Counted from the first letter of the stretch, positions 49,929 through 60,937 are shown. The stretch: DNA of 64,000 nucleotides from an uncultured Defluviitaleaceae bacterium (GCA_964533945.1 CAZHPA010000001.1:59455-123454); one strand, 5' to 3'. Numbers and translations: made by a program. The notes: generated by a model from the letters alone, not told the origin.

Positions 49929-51004
49929 ATAAAATAAATATTGCCGTTTTGTACGGCGGTTGTTCGTCAGAACATGACATTTCTGTCATTTCGGCTTCAA
50001 CAATTATCTCAAATATTTCTCAAGAAAAATATAACGTCATTCCTTTACACATTACAAAAGATGGTGAATGGCTTTTATATGATGGCATGATAGACGACAT
50101 CAAAAATATTCAATGGACAAAATTTGGAACAAAAACTGTTATAAGTCCAGACAAAAAAGACGGCGGACTTCTTAGAATAGTTGGAGAAAAAGTTAAAACA
50201 GTTCATATAGATGTTGTTTTTCCTGTGCTTCACGGTGCATATGGTGAAGATGGCTGCGTGCAAGGGCTTTTAGAGCTTTCCGGCATACCTTATGTTGGCT
50301 GCGGCGTTTTAGCTTCTGCTGTTTGCATGGATAAATCGTTTACAAAAATTATAGCCGATTCTTTAAATGTTAGGCAAGCAGGTTATTTGGTTTTTGATAA
50401 AGCCTCGCTTTCTAATCCATCTAATCCAGATGGTTTAAATGAAGCTGCTAAAAAAATACGTTATAAAATAGGCTACCCATGTTTTATAAAACCTTCAAGC
50501 TCCGGGTCTTCTGTTGGAATTTCAAAAGCAACAAATAAAACCGAGGTTTTAGAAGCATTAGAAAAAGCTATGTTATATTCCGATAAAATTGTAGTTGAAA
50601 AAGCTGTTGTAGGGCGTGAAGTTGAATGTGCTATTTTAGGCTCTGGCGGAGATGATACAGAAGCATCTGCTGTTGGTGAAATTGTAACAGATTGTGAATT
50701 TTACGACTATTTTGCAAAGTATGACAATAAATCTAAATCTAAAACAATTGTTCCGGCAAATATTCCTGATGATATTTCAGGCGAAATTAAAAATATTGCT
50801 ATTAAAATTTTTAAAGGAGTTTGCGGAAAAGGTCTTTCAAGAGTTGATTTTTTCATTGAAGAAGGAACAAATAAAATAATTTTCAACGAAATTAACACAA
50901 TGCCCGGTTTTACACAAATTAGTATGTATCCAATGCTTTGGCGCGAAGCCGGAATTGAAACACCAGTGCTTATTGATAGGCTAATTGAATTGGCGTTAAT
51001 TTAA
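49925..51004 (+). CDS. ddl: D-alanine--D-alanine ligase
   Basis: TTG start 5 nt after AAAGGAGAG. IAVLYGGCSSEHDISV, HGAYGEDGCVQGLLE and EINTMPGFT. Confidence 0.92.
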   Translation: MNKINIAVLYGGCSSEHDISVISASTIISNISQEKYNVIPLHITKDGEWLLYDGMIDDIKNIQWTKFGTKTVISPDKKDGGLLRIVGEKVKTVHIDVVFPVLHGAYGEDGCVQGLLELSGIPYVGCGVLASAVCMDKSFTKIIADSLNVRQAGYLVFDKASLSNPSNPDGLNEAAKKIRYKIGYPCFIKPSSSGSSVGISKATNKTEVLEALEKAMLYSDKIVVEKAVVGREVECAILGSGGDDTEASAVGEIVTDCEFYDYFAKYDNKSKSKTIVPANIPDDISGEIKNIAIKIFKGVCGKGLSRVDFFIEEGTNKIIFNEINTMPGFTQISMYPMLWREAGIETPVLIDRLIELALI

Positions 51005-51142
51005 CTTTAACTAACGATTTTAAAATAGCACTTTAAAAATATTAAACAACGGCAAACGGGCGGCTTATGTCGCCTGTACCCGTTATCTAAAATCTAAGAA
51101 TTAATAACTAAGATTTAAGATTAGGTAAAAGGAGTAGCAAAG

Positions 51143-51949
51143 ATGAATAATAGCCCAATTGGCATATTTGATTCAGGGGTTGGTGGACTAACTGTTGTTA
51201 AGGAAGTTATAAACGCATTGCCAAATGAAAGCATAGTATATTTTGGAGATACTGCAAGAGTTCCATATGGTTCTAAATCGAAAGAAACTGTAACAAGATT
51301 TAGCCGCCAAATGGTTAATTTTTTGCTTTCTAAAGGGGTTAAAGCTATAGTTGCGGCGTGCAACACTGTTTGTTCCAACTCTTTAGACGTTTTAACTAAA
51401 GAATTTAACATACCAATTATTGATGTTTTAACACCTGGCGTTAATTCTTGCCTTGCGGCAACTGAAAATAATGTTGTAGGGGTAATTGGAACAGAAGCAA
51501 CAATTAGGAGCGGCGCATATGAACGCTTACTTAAACAAAAACGCCCTGAAATTACAGTTTATTCTAAAGCTTGTCCCCTTTTTGTTCCGCTTGTTGAGGA
51601 AGGCTGGACGCATAATAGCGTTGCACGCATGACAACTCAAATATACTTACAAGAACTTATAGATAAAAACGTTGACTGCATATTACTTGGCTGTACACAC
51701 TACCCTTTGCTTTATAACTGCATTAAAGAATTTGTAGGCAATGTTAAAATAATTAATTCGGCTGCTTCAGTTGCTTTAGCATTAGCCGATTTTTTAACCA
51801 AAAATAATTTACTTACATCACAAAAACCAGAACAAAAACCGCAATATTCTTTTTTCGTTAGCGATAACACTTTAAAATTTAGCAAAACTTGTAATATTGT
51901 GTTATCTGAAAGCTTTGCTGCAAATAAAGTTGATATTGAAAAAATATAG
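51143..51949 (+). CDS. murI: glutamate racemase
   Basis: IGIFDSGVGGLTV, ACNT and GCTHYP catalytic Cys motifs. Confidence 0.92.
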   Translation: MNNSPIGIFDSGVGGLTVVKEVINALPNESIVYFGDTARVPYGSKSKETVTRFSRQMVNFLLSKGVKAIVAACNTVCSNSLDVLTKEFNIPIIDVLTPGVNSCLAATENNVVGVIGTEATIRSGAYERLLKQKRPEITVYSKACPLFVPLVEEGWTHNSVARMTTQIYLQELIDKNVDCILLGCTHYPLLYNCIKEFVGNVKIINSAASVALALADFLTKNNLLTSQKPEQKPQYSFFVSDNTLKFSKTCNIVLSESFAANKVDIEKI

Positions 51950-51977
51950 AGAAAAGATTATAGAAAGAAGGAAAAGT

Positions 51978-53357
51978 ATGAGTAGATTGTTTGGAACAGA
52001 CGGCGTGCGTGGAGTTGCCAACGAAAAACTAACACCAGAACTTGCATTTGCTTTGGGTAGAGCTGGGGCGTTTGTTTTAACAAAAGAAAAACACCATTTG
52101 CCGAAAATAATTGTTGGAATGGATACAAGAATTTCCTGCGACATGCTTGCTTCAGCTTTATGCGCCGGCATATGTTCTGTTGGGGCAACAGCATATAATG
52201 CTTTGGTAGTTCCAACGCCTTGTGTTGCATTTTTGGTTCGTAAATATAAATTTGATGCAGGCGTTGTTATTTCTGCTTCTCACAATACAGTTTCTGATAA
52301 CGGAATAAAATTTTTTAATAGCGACGGATATAAACTACCTGATTGCTTAGAAGATGAAATAGAACAAATTATTTCACCAAATTCAGAAAGTTTAGAAAAT
52401 TTAGGTTTAGAAGGTTTGCCAAGACCAACAGGCGGCAATGTTGGAACAATTAAAAGCTTTGCAAATGCAATTGACGACTATATAGAATTTTTAGGCAATG
52501 CAGTTTGCAATATTTCGCTTAAAGGAATGAAAATTGCACTTGACTGTGCAAACGGCGCAACGTTTGAAGCTGCTCCTAAAATCTTAAAAAAATTAGGTGC
52601 AGAAATTTATACAATAGGCGATAAACCTAACGGAATTAACATAAATTTAAACTGCGGCTCAACTCATATGGAAGCGCTAGTTGAATTGGTTAAAGAAATT
52701 AAAGCAGATATTGGTATTGCATTTGATGGTGATGGTGACCGCTGCCTTGTTGTTGATGAAACAGGCAAAATTGTTAGTGGTGACGAAATTATGTCAATTT
52801 GCGCTTATCAATTAAAACAAGACAATAAGCTTGCGAAGAACACTATTGTAGCAACAGTTATGAGCAATTTAGGGCTTTTTCTTATGGGTAAAAAGCTTAA
52901 CATTGATATTAAACAAACTAAAGTTGGGGATAGATATGTTTTGGAAGAAATGCTTGCAAACGGTTACTGTTTTGGCGGTGAGCAATCGGGGCATATAATT
53001 TTCTTAGAACACAATACAACAGGTGACGGCATTTTAACATCACTTATGCTTTTATTAGCTATGAAGGCAACAGGAAAGAAATTAACCGAACTTAACGTAT
53101 TAATGGATGTTTTGCCACAAGTTTTAGTTAATGCTAAAGTTGCAAACGATAAAAAAGAAGCATATTTGCAAGACGAACAAATTATGAATGAAATTAAAGC
53201 ATTGGAAAATAAGTTTAACGGAGTTGGCAGAGTTTTAATTCGTTCTTCTGGAACAGAACCTTTAGTTAGGGTTATGATTGAAGGAAAAGATGAAGCTTCG
53301 ATTAAAGAAGAAGCGCAAAAAATTGCGAATATGTTAGAACAAAAATTTGCGGTTTAA
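51978..53357 (+). CDS. glmM: phosphoglucosamine mutase
   Basis: MSRLFGTDGVRG, ISASHN phosphoserine loop and FDGDGDR. The internal ATG with an AAGGAAAAG RBS is preferred over the ORF-track start at 51897. Confidence 0.93.
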   Translation: MSRLFGTDGVRGVANEKLTPELAFALGRAGAFVLTKEKHHLPKIIVGMDTRISCDMLASALCAGICSVGATAYNALVVPTPCVAFLVRKYKFDAGVVISASHNTVSDNGIKFFNSDGYKLPDCLEDEIEQIISPNSESLENLGLEGLPRPTGGNVGTIKSFANAIDDYIEFLGNAVCNISLKGMKIALDCANGATFEAAPKILKKLGAEIYTIGDKPNGININLNCGSTHMEALVELVKEIKADIGIAFDGDGDRCLVVDETGKIVSGDEIMSICAYQLKQDNKLAKNTIVATVMSNLGLFLMGKKLNIDIKQTKVGDRYVLEEMLANGYCFGGEQSGHIIFLEHNTTGDGILTSLMLLLAMKATGKKLTELNVLMDVLPQVLVNAKVANDKKEAYLQDEQIMNEIKALENKFNGVGRVLIRSSGTEPLVRVMIEGKDEASIKEEAQKIANMLEQKFAV

Positions 53358-53410
53358 TTTCTTTTTAGTAATAGAACTTTTATATATCTGAAAAAATTTC
53401 AAATTTAAAA

Positions 53411-53433
53411 GGGCAGCCTAAGCTGTCCATTTA
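53411..53433 (+). terminator. weak intrinsic terminator after glmM
   Basis: GGGCAGC-ctaa-GCTGTCC followed by ATTTAAATT. Confidence 0.45.
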
Positions 53434-53602
53434 AATTAATTAAACAAATCATTTCGTATGCTTAGTAGTAGATTTTCACCTCTTTTTTACATATTTTAAT
53501 ACTTTTAAATATAATTTTGGCAACTAAAACTAATTATTCCTTGTGGGGAAGAATGAAACGACATGTTTCGTTGTTCCTTTGATAAAAATAAGGAGGATTA
53601 TT

Positions 53603-54313
53603 ATGAAGAAATTTTTTGTTGCTGCTGCCACTGCTTTTATATTGCTTTCTGCAAATATTGTAAATGCCAATACTATATCTGAAGATGTTGCAAATACCAA
53701 TACTGTAATTTTCAGCACGGTTCCTACTTGCCTTAGTTCTAAATATAAAACCGATTTTCCTGAAAATAAAGACTATGTAATCAATGAGAATGATGAAACG
53801 TATGAAGTTCTTGCAATAAGGCAAAGAGAAACACCTAAAGTTCCCAATGATGGCACTATTTATGAATTATATGATTACCTACCTAGCGCTCCAGGAAAAA
53901 GAGTTGATTATTTTAGATTTGTCGGCGAAGTTTCCACATTCAATCAAACCCCTCACACATCTATGCTAAGCTACACTCAAATAGAATCAACAACAGTGGA
54001 ATGGGATGTAACAGACAATCTTAATTCAACACATGAAGGAGACTTGTTTATTCGAAAGCTTAAAGATGAGCTTGGCTTTTCTGTTAGTAAAACCTCGACT
54101 ATTGCTAAAAGCTCATGGGTAACTCAACAAGTTGAAGTTCCACCAAATTCAAGTAGAAGAATAGAAAAATACATAGGCGGTGTAACTTCTAGTGGCTTAT
54201 TATGTTATAAACGCTACGCTTTTACAGGACATTATATAGGGCTTTACTATGAAAAAGCCGGCGGTACCGCATTAATTCCTTCTTCTAATGGATATAAAGT
54301 GCTTCCATATTAA
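53603..54313 (+). CDS. secreted hypothetical protein (possibly an aerolysin/ETX-MTX2-like beta fold; unverified)
   Basis: AAGGAGG RBS. Sec signal MKKFFVAAATAFILLSANIVNA. Mature part is Ser/Thr-rich with alternating-pattern stretches (LSYTQIESTTVEWDVT, GFSVSKTSTIAKSSWVTQQVEVPP). Confidence 0.5.
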   Translation: MKKFFVAAATAFILLSANIVNANTISEDVANTNTVIFSTVPTCLSSKYKTDFPENKDYVINENDETYEVLAIRQRETPKVPNDGTIYELYDYLPSAPGKRVDYFRFVGEVSTFNQTPHTSMLSYTQIESTTVEWDVTDNLNSTHEGDLFIRKLKDELGFSVSKTSTIAKSSWVTQQVEVPPNSSRRIEKYIGGVTSSGLLCYKRYAFTGHYIGLYYEKAGGTALIPSSNGYKVLPY

Positions 54314-54447
54314 ACATCATATAATTCTATTATAAATGTGTCATAAATTTATTATGCAATAGTTGGTACAATGTTTCAAATTATTTATGCCACTGTACGT
54401 ATGGTTTTTGTCTTGCTTAAAGGTTAGAGAAATGGAGGCCCAATATA

Positions 54448-55407
54448 TTGATAGTAATAAATTCTCCCTTTTATCATTTTTTCACAAGTATAGCATATAT
54501 AGACAATAACATTATAATTGCAGCTTCAAGCGATGCAATTATTAGAGTTTTTAATACAATGACGCACACTATGCTAAAATGTATAGCATATTCAAACAAT
54601 GATTATCCTTCCACTTTTGTAAATTCAATTAATTTTAATGAAAACAGAAATAAATTTTTAACATCATCAATTGATGGTCAAATTGTCGAGTGGAACGCTA
54701 ACGATTTTTCAATAAATTGCATTTTTAAATTACACCAAGGGGAAGTAATTGATTCTTTTTATTGTAAAGATTCAAATTATTGTTTATCGTGCTCTACAGA
54801 CCGAACGATTAAAAGATGGAATATTAGTACAGGCAAAGTGGATTACTGCGCTAAAAGTCATAGCAACGCAATTAACTCTATTAATCAGTCTTACGATGAA
54901 AAAACGATAATATCATGTTCTGATGATGGAACCGTTAAAGAATGGGACTATTATACTGGAATTCTAATTGACACATTAATGAGTTATAATAAACCTATTA
55001 GTAATGTATTATATACTTCTAATAATGAATTAATTATAATTAATATCAATATGGGTTCACTTATTGCGTTTTCTCGAAAACATAAAAAGATTATCTGGGA
55101 ACTATCAGGTCATTGGTCTAAAATGGTTTATAATCCCGTAATTAACAGCTTATACGCTATTAATGTCGACGATTCAATTTATGAATGGAGCATTCCTTTA
55201 TTTAAACAGATAAGAATATATAAAACTGAAAAACAATCTAATCCTACCTGCATTTCGTTTAGTGCTAATTATTTAAAAATAATTGTTTCGTATAGTAATG
55301 GTTATTTTAAGGAATGGGATTGTATGAATGGTCAATTAATATCTTTTTTTGAAAGTGGACTTGCGTATAATTATTTCAAAGGCATTGGTACATACAAGAT
55401 ATTATAA
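54448..55407 (+). CDS. WD40-repeat beta-propeller protein
   Basis: TTG start after TGGAGG. Blades recur at about 40-aa spacing and end in DGQIVEWN, DRTIKRWN, DDGTVKEWD, DSIYEWS and NGYFKEWD. Confidence 0.75.
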   Translation: MIVINSPFYHFFTSIAYIDNNIIIAASSDAIIRVFNTMTHTMLKCIAYSNNDYPSTFVNSINFNENRNKFLTSSIDGQIVEWNANDFSINCIFKLHQGEVIDSFYCKDSNYCLSCSTDRTIKRWNISTGKVDYCAKSHSNAINSINQSYDEKTIISCSDDGTVKEWDYYTGILIDTLMSYNKPISNVLYTSNNELIIININMGSLIAFSRKHKKIIWELSGHWSKMVYNPVINSLYAINVDDSIYEWSIPLFKQIRIYKTEKQSNPTCISFSANYLKIIVSYSNGYFKEWDCMNGQLISFFESGLAYNYFKGIGTYKIL

Positions 55408-55497
55408 TTACTTTGTTATCGGCAAGAAGACAAACTTTAATTACCAAAAGTTATAAATCATTATTAAAAAACAAATACATAAAATAAGGTTTCCAAT

Positions 55498-55532
55498 AAA
55501 GAAACGCCACCTTATTCAGATAGCGTTTCTTT
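55498..55532. terminator. bidirectional terminator between the WD40 gene and tsaD
   Basis: AAAGAAACGC-15 nt-GCGTTTCTTT. Confidence 0.65.
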
Positions 55533-56534
55533 TTATACTAATTCGGAATTCGCATATGCATTAAGCCATAAATTACTAACGCTTCCTTTTTTATAGTTAA
55601 AATATCCACAAGATGCTATCATTGCCGCATTGTCTGTGCAATATACAGGGCTTGGAATGTTTAATTCAATTTCATTTTCAAGGCAAGCTTGCTTCATAGC
55701 TGCTCTTAATGCGCTATTGCATGAAACACCGCCTGCAAGCGCTATTTTTTTAATATTTAATGCTTTTGCTGCTGCTATAGTTTTTTTAACCAAAACTTCT
55801 ACAACGGCCTTTTGAAACGAAGCTGCAACATTTTCAACAACAATTTGTTCTCTTGTCATATTACACTTATTAATATAATTTAAAACCGACGATTTAAGCC
55901 CGCTAAAACTAAAATCTAGGCTATCTGAAAGTGCTTGGGGAAAAATAATTGCATTTTCATCGCCATTTTTTGCGGCTAGGTCTATTTTAGGGCCTCCTGG
56001 GTAGCCTAAGCCTAAAGCTCTTGCAGCTTTATCAAAAGCTTCTCCGGCGGCATCATCTCTTGTTTTGCCTAAAACTTTATATTTAGAAAAATCTAAAACA
56101 TGAACAAGGTGTGTATGCCCTCCTGAAACAACAAGACACATAAAAGGTGGTTTGAAATTTGGGTTTTCAATATAGTTGGCGCAAATATGCCCTTCTATAT
56201 GATTTACGGAAACAAGTGGCTTCTTTAATGAATACGACAAACCTTTTGCATACGAAACGCCAACAAGCAAAGCACCTACAAGACCGGGGGTATTTGTAAC
56301 GGCTATTGCATCTATATCATTAAAATTAACAGAAGCGTTTTTCAACGCTTCATCAACAACTTGACTTATAATTTCCATGTGTTTTCTTGAAGCAATTTCA
56401 GGAACAACGCCGCCGAATTTTTCGTGTATTTTAATTTGAGATGCTATAACGTTTGAAGCAACAAATGTTCCATCATAAACAACGGCGGCAGCCGTTTCAT
56501 CACATGATGTTTCAATACCTAATATTCTTAACAT
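55533..56534 (-). CDS. tsaD: tRNA N6-adenosine threonylcarbamoyltransferase
   Basis: [23 protein letters not shown] and VSGGHTHL. Confidence 0.93.
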   Translation of the reverse strand: MLRILGIETSCDETAAAVVYDGTFVASNVIASQIKIHEKFGGVVPEIASRKHMEIISQVVDEALKNASVNFNDIDAIAVTNTPGLVGALLVGVSYAKGLSYSLKKPLVSVNHIEGHICANYIENPNFKPPFMCLVVSGGHTHLVHVLDFSKYKVLGKTRDDAAGEAFDKAARALGLGYPGGPKIDLAAKNGDENAIIFPQALSDSLDFSFSGLKSSVLNYINKCNMTREQIVVENVAASFQKAVVEVLVKKTIAAAKALNIKKIALAGGVSCNSALRAAMKQACLENEIELNIPSPVYCTDNAAMIASCGYFNYKKGSVSNLWLNAYANSELV

Positions 56535-57208
56535 TAACTTTTAATCCCTCTGGCTTCCCTATTATAAATAATTACTTGCAACAAAGCTAACACGCAAATT
56601 ATTCCAAGCAGCCAAAGTCTGGCAGAAGCAACATAATCTATTGCAGTACCAAAAGTTGACTCAAAAAAATATGAAATATTGCTAGTAAATTGTTCAGCAT
56701 AAAAAAATGCTGATGTAGCAAATTGATATAATTTAGGGGAATTTGCAAAAGATGATAATACAACATCTTTATAATACATTGCTAAAATTGAAAGCCCAAG
56801 AGAAACAGATATAAAAGCCCAAGTAAAACAAAGCACAGACTCAAGCGGATTATTTTTTTCTCCGTGAACTTCAATTAATTTCGACAATTCGGAATCCATT
56901 TCCAATTTAAATTCAGGTTCTAGTTCCGGTTCTCTACATTCCAGATGCTCCAGATGTTCTTCCATATGAACAGCTGGTTTATATAAAGATTCTTCTGCTA
57001 TTTTAAGCATAACGCTTTCTTCAAAGCCTTCGGGTGCGCTAATTATTTCCATAGCCGAAAATTCAGCCATAATTTCTTCATAAACCGAAAAATCTTCTTT
57101 GCAAGCGCTGCATGAAGAAAGGTGTCGATTAAGCAATATTGTTTCAGTGGGAGTAATTGTTTTGTCCATGCAACGCATCATTAAATCGTTATATTTATCA
57201 CAGGACAT
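56534..57208 (-). CDS. anti-sigma factor (zf-HC2 type), membrane-anchored
   Basis: [15 protein letters not shown]...[12 protein letters not shown] zinc-finger motif and C-terminal TM segments. Overlaps the sigma gene stop. Confidence 0.7.
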   Translation of the reverse strand: MSCDKYNDLMMRCMDKTITPTETILLNRHLSSCSACKEDFSVYEEIMAEFSAMEIISAPEGFEESVMLKIAEESLYKPAVHMEEHLEHLECREPELEPEFKLEMDSELSKLIEVHGEKNNPLESVLCFTWAFISVSLGLSILAMYYKDVVLSSFANSPKLYQFATSAFFYAEQFTSNISYFFESTFGTAIDYVASARLWLLGIICVLALLQVIIYNREARGIKS

Positions 57209-57776
57209 AGTTATCACCGCCTCTAATTTGCAATAAACTTTCTTTCAACATTTTCCTACCTCTAAAAATCCGATTTTTAACTTTCGACAGTGGCTCTTCA
57301 ATAACTTCCGATATTTCTTGGTATGATAAGCCTTGTTGATGATATAAAACAATCGGTATTTTATACATATCGGGCAATGCCCCAACAACTTCTTTTAACT
57401 GCTTTTTTTGCTCTTTTTTTAAAAAAACATCTTCTGGGGAAGGCTCGTTGCCTGAAGGCACAGCTCCGCCTTCCAAATCATCTATAAACGTTGTTTCGGC
57501 CCGACGTTTTCTTCTATGGTCTATAACATGGTTTGTTGTAACTCTAATAATCCATGTGCTAAATTTAAAATCGGGACGATATTTTTCAAGACTTCTATAT
57601 ACTTTTATAAAAACTTCTTGTGCAAGGTCATTTGCTTCCTCGCTGTCGTTTGTCATTCGCAAAATTATAGAATAAACAAGGTTTTTATATCTTGTTACAA
57701 GTTCGCTAAAAAAACTGTTGTCCCCGTTTATACAGTTTGTAATTAATTCGTAATCGGTTAGTTGTTTCATATCCAT
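57198..57776 (-). CDS. ECF (sigma-70 family group 4) RNA polymerase sigma factor
   Basis: Region 2 (LAQEVFIKVYRSLEKY...FSTWIIRVTTNHVIDHRRKR) and region 4 (GLSYQEISEVIEEPLSKVKNRIFRGRKML). Confidence 0.88.
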   Translation of the reverse strand: MDMKQLTDYELITNCINGDNSFFSELVTRYKNLVYSIILRMTNDSEEANDLAQEVFIKVYRSLEKYRPDFKFSTWIIRVTTNHVIDHRRKRRAETTFIDDLEGGAVPSGNEPSPEDVFLKKEQKKQLKEVVGALPDMYKIPIVLYHQQGLSYQEISEVIEEPLSKVKNRIFRGRKMLKESLLQIRGGDNYVL

Positions 57777-57867
57777 AGTTTACCACCTATTATTGCTTGC
57801 ACATAAACCACAAAACGTTCCGTCAATTTATTTTGTATTACAATATACGTTAATGCAAAAAGAAAGT

Positions 57868-58794
57868 TTATTGTTCGAAAACAATATTTTTGCAAATACG
57901 GTCATATGCGACAACAGTGTTTTCAAAAATATTTGAAGCGGCGCTTAAAAACTTTTTGGGTTCTGTTAATGAAGGGCTAAAGTGAGTAAGCCAAAGCTCC
58001 TTTACTTCTGCTTCCTTTGCAATGTTTGCCGCTTCGCTAAATAGCATATGCCTATATTCAACGGCTTTATTAAATTTTTCATCTTCTCCATAAATTCCTT
58101 CGCAAATAAATAAATCTGAATGTTTAACAAAATCAGAAAGCCCACAAACAGGGCGGCTGTCTGTGCAATACGAAACGGCTATTCCTTTGCGCTCGTTTCC
58201 TAGAACCATGTCGTTTGTATAAATTTTACCTTCATATTCAACGGTTTCATTTTTTTGAAGCATTCCCCAAACCTTTTTTGGAACTCCAAGCTTTTCTGCA
58301 CGCAAAACGTCAAATTTGCCAAGCCTTTTTATATCTAATCTATATGCAAGACAAGGTATTCTGTGCTCCATAGCAAAGCCGCTTAAAGTAAATTCGCTTA
58401 ATTTAAGCTCTTTAAATATAACTCCACTTTTTTCAATAACATTAAATTCATGAAATATTATTTCAAATGGAAGTAGCGGCGCTATAACTAAAAGACTTTT
58501 AACAACTTTGCAAAGCTCATCTGGCCCAACAATATTTAAAGGTTCTTTTCGTTCTGAATTACCTATTGCCAAAAGTAAGCCGGGAAGCCCTGAAATATGG
58601 TCTGCGTGAAAATGCGTAAAGCAAATTACATCAATATTTTTAAACCCAAACCCAAGCATTTTTAAACTAATTTGTGTTCCTTCGCCGCAATCAATTAAAA
58701 GCAATTTTCCATTTATTCTGCAAATTAAAGACGTTAAAAATCTGTTTGGAAGCGGCATCATTCCCCCTGTTCCCAAAAGCGAAACATCAAGCAT
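57868..58794 (-). CDS. rnz: ribonuclease Z (MBL fold)
   Basis: MLDVSLLGTGG...IDCGEGTQ...HFHADHISGLPGLL. ATG lies 5 nt after GGAGG. Confidence 0.85.
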   Translation of the reverse strand: MLDVSLLGTGGMMPLPNRFLTSLICRINGKLLLIDCGEGTQISLKMLGFGFKNIDVICFTHFHADHISGLPGLLLAIGNSERKEPLNIVGPDELCKVVKSLLVIAPLLPFEIIFHEFNVIEKSGVIFKELKLSEFTLSGFAMEHRIPCLAYRLDIKRLGKFDVLRAEKLGVPKKVWGMLQKNETVEYEGKIYTNDMVLGNERKGIAVSYCTDSRPVCGLSDFVKHSDLFICEGIYGEDEKFNKAVEYRHMLFSEAANIAKEAEVKELWLTHFSPSLTEPKKFLSAASNIFENTVVAYDRICKNIVFEQ

Positions 58795-58902
58795 AAAAAC
58801 CTCCATTTTAATAATTACTATTGCAATAGCAGGAGCATATGTGTATTATGAAATAATAGCATATCGAAAATAAAATTTCAAATAAAATTTTAGGGAGGCA
58901 TT

Positions 58903-60054
58903 ATGGTTAAAGTTTCTTTATCAAGGTGTAATGACTATAACTACAACGAAGTTAAAGCAGCAGTTTTAAAATCTATTGAAAAATTGGGCGGATTGGAAAA
59001 ATACATTTTAAAAGGCGATAAAGTTTTGTTAAAAGTTAACCTTCTTATGAAAAAACCCCCAAGCTATGCGGCAACAACTCATCCTACTGTTGTTAGAGCA
59101 TTAGCTGAAATTTTAATTAGTTATGGCGCAACCGTTGTAATTGGAGACAGCCCAGGAGGGCCTTTTAATGAAAAAATGCTTGCAGGTATATATAAAACTA
59201 CAGGTATGGAAGAAATTGCAAAACTAACAGGGGCAACGCTAAATTCTAATTTTAAATCTTGCGAAAAAGCAAATCCAAAAGGGGTGCTTTTAAAGCAATT
59301 AACGGTTACAGATATGTTAAATGACGTTGATAAAGTAATTTCAGTATCCAAACTTAAAACACACGGTATGATGACGTTTACAGGTGCTGTTAAAAATATG
59401 TTTGGAATTATCCCCGGAATAATGAAAGCAGAATACCATTTAAATATGCCGGAAAAGCCTGTTTTTGCCGATGCCTTAGTTGATATTTGCGTTTGTGCAA
59501 ATCCTGTTTTGTCTTTTATGGACGCAATAGTTGGAATGGAAGGCGCAGGACCTTCTGGCGGCGATGCAAGAAACATTGGGGCAATTATAGCTTCTGAAAG
59601 CCCATACCATCTTGACAAGGTTGCTTGCTCTATAATCAACATTCATTTTTCTAAAGTTTTAACAATTAAAAAATCAATAGAAAGAGGACTATGTTCAGAT
59701 GGGCTGTCCGACATTTTTCTTTTGGGAGACGAAGGCATTGATTCATTTAAGCAGGCAAACTTTAAAATACCAGAAACCATAGAAGTTGATTTTGGTAAAA
59801 AAGTTCCGAAGCCACTGAGAGGGCTAGTTAATAAGCATTTACAACCTCGCCTCATTTTTGATGAAAGCAAATGCATAGGGTGCAAAGTTTGTATTAATAA
59901 TTGCCCTGTTAAAGTTTTAACTATGGAAAAAGGTAAGAAAATTAAAATTAATTCAGAAAAATGCATTCGTTGCTATTGCTGCCAAGAACTATGCCCAGAA
60001 AAAGCTGTTACGGTTTATCGTTCAAAGTTACTTAAATTTTTAGTTTCTTATTGA
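58903..60054 (+). CDS. DUF362 domain protein with C-terminal 2x[4Fe-4S] ferredoxin domain
   Basis: DUF362-like body (KVLLKVNLL...VVIGDSPG...SKLKTHG) plus CIGCKVCINNCP and CIRCYCCQELCP. Confidence 0.75.
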   Translation: MVKVSLSRCNDYNYNEVKAAVLKSIEKLGGLEKYILKGDKVLLKVNLLMKKPPSYAATTHPTVVRALAEILISYGATVVIGDSPGGPFNEKMLAGIYKTTGMEEIAKLTGATLNSNFKSCEKANPKGVLLKQLTVTDMLNDVDKVISVSKLKTHGMMTFTGAVKNMFGIIPGIMKAEYHLNMPEKPVFADALVDICVCANPVLSFMDAIVGMEGAGPSGGDARNIGAIIASESPYHLDKVACSIINIHFSKVLTIKKSIERGLCSDGLSDIFLLGDEGIDSFKQANFKIPETIEVDFGKKVPKPLRGLVNKHLQPRLIFDESKCIGCKVCINNCPVKVLTMEKGKKIKINSEKCIRCYCCQELCPEKAVTVYRSKLLKFLVSY

Positions 60055-60078
60055 GCTGCTGTTAAGGCAGCTCTTTTT
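60053..60078 (+). terminator. strong intrinsic terminator closing the DUF362 gene, immediately before the cassette-like array
   Basis: GAGCTGC-tgttaag-GCAGCTC followed by TTTTT. Confidence 0.8.
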
Positions 60079-60154
60079 GGTAATATAATAAACTCGTGGT
60101 GCATTAGGAGCACATTAATATTTTAAGGATTATTTATAAGGAGGTTAAGTATAA

Positions 60155-60934
60155 ATGGCAAAATTTGAATTTGATGGTGAAAAATATAAACAGGCATCAA
60201 AACATCAAAAAGAATGGGGCAATAGCATAATTTCTGAACTGGAGCTTAATGGAGATGAAATAATTTTAGACCTTGGATGTGGTGATGGAGTTTTAACCGA
60301 ACAACTTTCAAGGTTAGTACCTAATGGTAAAGTTATTGGAATTGATGCGTCTGTTGGAATGATTAACACAGCAAAAAAGCTTGAAAAAGATAATCTTACT
60401 TTTATTTGCATGGATATAAATAGCATGAATTTTGCAGACCATTTTGATGTAATTTTTTCAAACGCTGCATTGCATTGGATAAAAGACCATAAACGATTAT
60501 TAAAAAATAGTTTTAAAGCTTTGAAAGGTAATGGAATTATTAGTTGGAACTTTGCCGGTGACGGTAATTGTTCAAATTTTTTTCACACTATAAAAGCTTT
60601 GATGAAAGAAAATGCCTATAAAGAATATTTCTCAAATTTCGAATGGCCATGGCTCATGCCTTCAAAAGAGGAATATGAAAAATTGATTAATGAAGCGTGT
60701 TTTAGCAATATAAATATACAATACAAAAATGCAGACAGGTTTTTTTCTAGCTGCGATGAAATGATAAGATGGATTGACCAGCCAAGCATAGTGCCATTTT
60801 TAAATTATATACCTAATGCAAATAGAGAAAGCTTTAGAAATGAAGTTGTTAATATAATGATTGAAAAAACCAAACAACCAGACGGCAGATGTTTTGAAAC
60901 GTTTAGAAGGATAAATGTAAAAGCCACCAAATAA
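60155..60934 (+). CDS. class I SAM-dependent methyltransferase (Tam-like)
   Basis: AAGGAGG RBS. ILDLGCGDGVLT motif I and FSNAALHW. Confidence 0.8.
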   Translation: MAKFEFDGEKYKQASKHQKEWGNSIISELELNGDEIILDLGCGDGVLTEQLSRLVPNGKVIGIDASVGMINTAKKLEKDNLTFICMDINSMNFADHFDVIFSNAALHWIKDHKRLLKNSFKALKGNGIISWNFAGDGNCSNFFHTIKALMKENAYKEYFSNFEWPWLMPSKEEYEKLINEACFSNINIQYKNADRFFSSCDEMIRWIDQPSIVPFLNYIPNANRESFRNEVVNIMIEKTKQPDGRCFETFRRINVKATK

Positions 60935-60937
60935 GCG

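Noticed and set aside
11941-53433. Near-identical terminator hairpins AAAAGGGCAGC..TGTCC at 11941-11970 and 53408-53433 as copies of a mobile element
   Set aside because: Similarity is limited to ~20 nt of stem, and the flanks are unrelated. This is most simply convergent terminator sequence.
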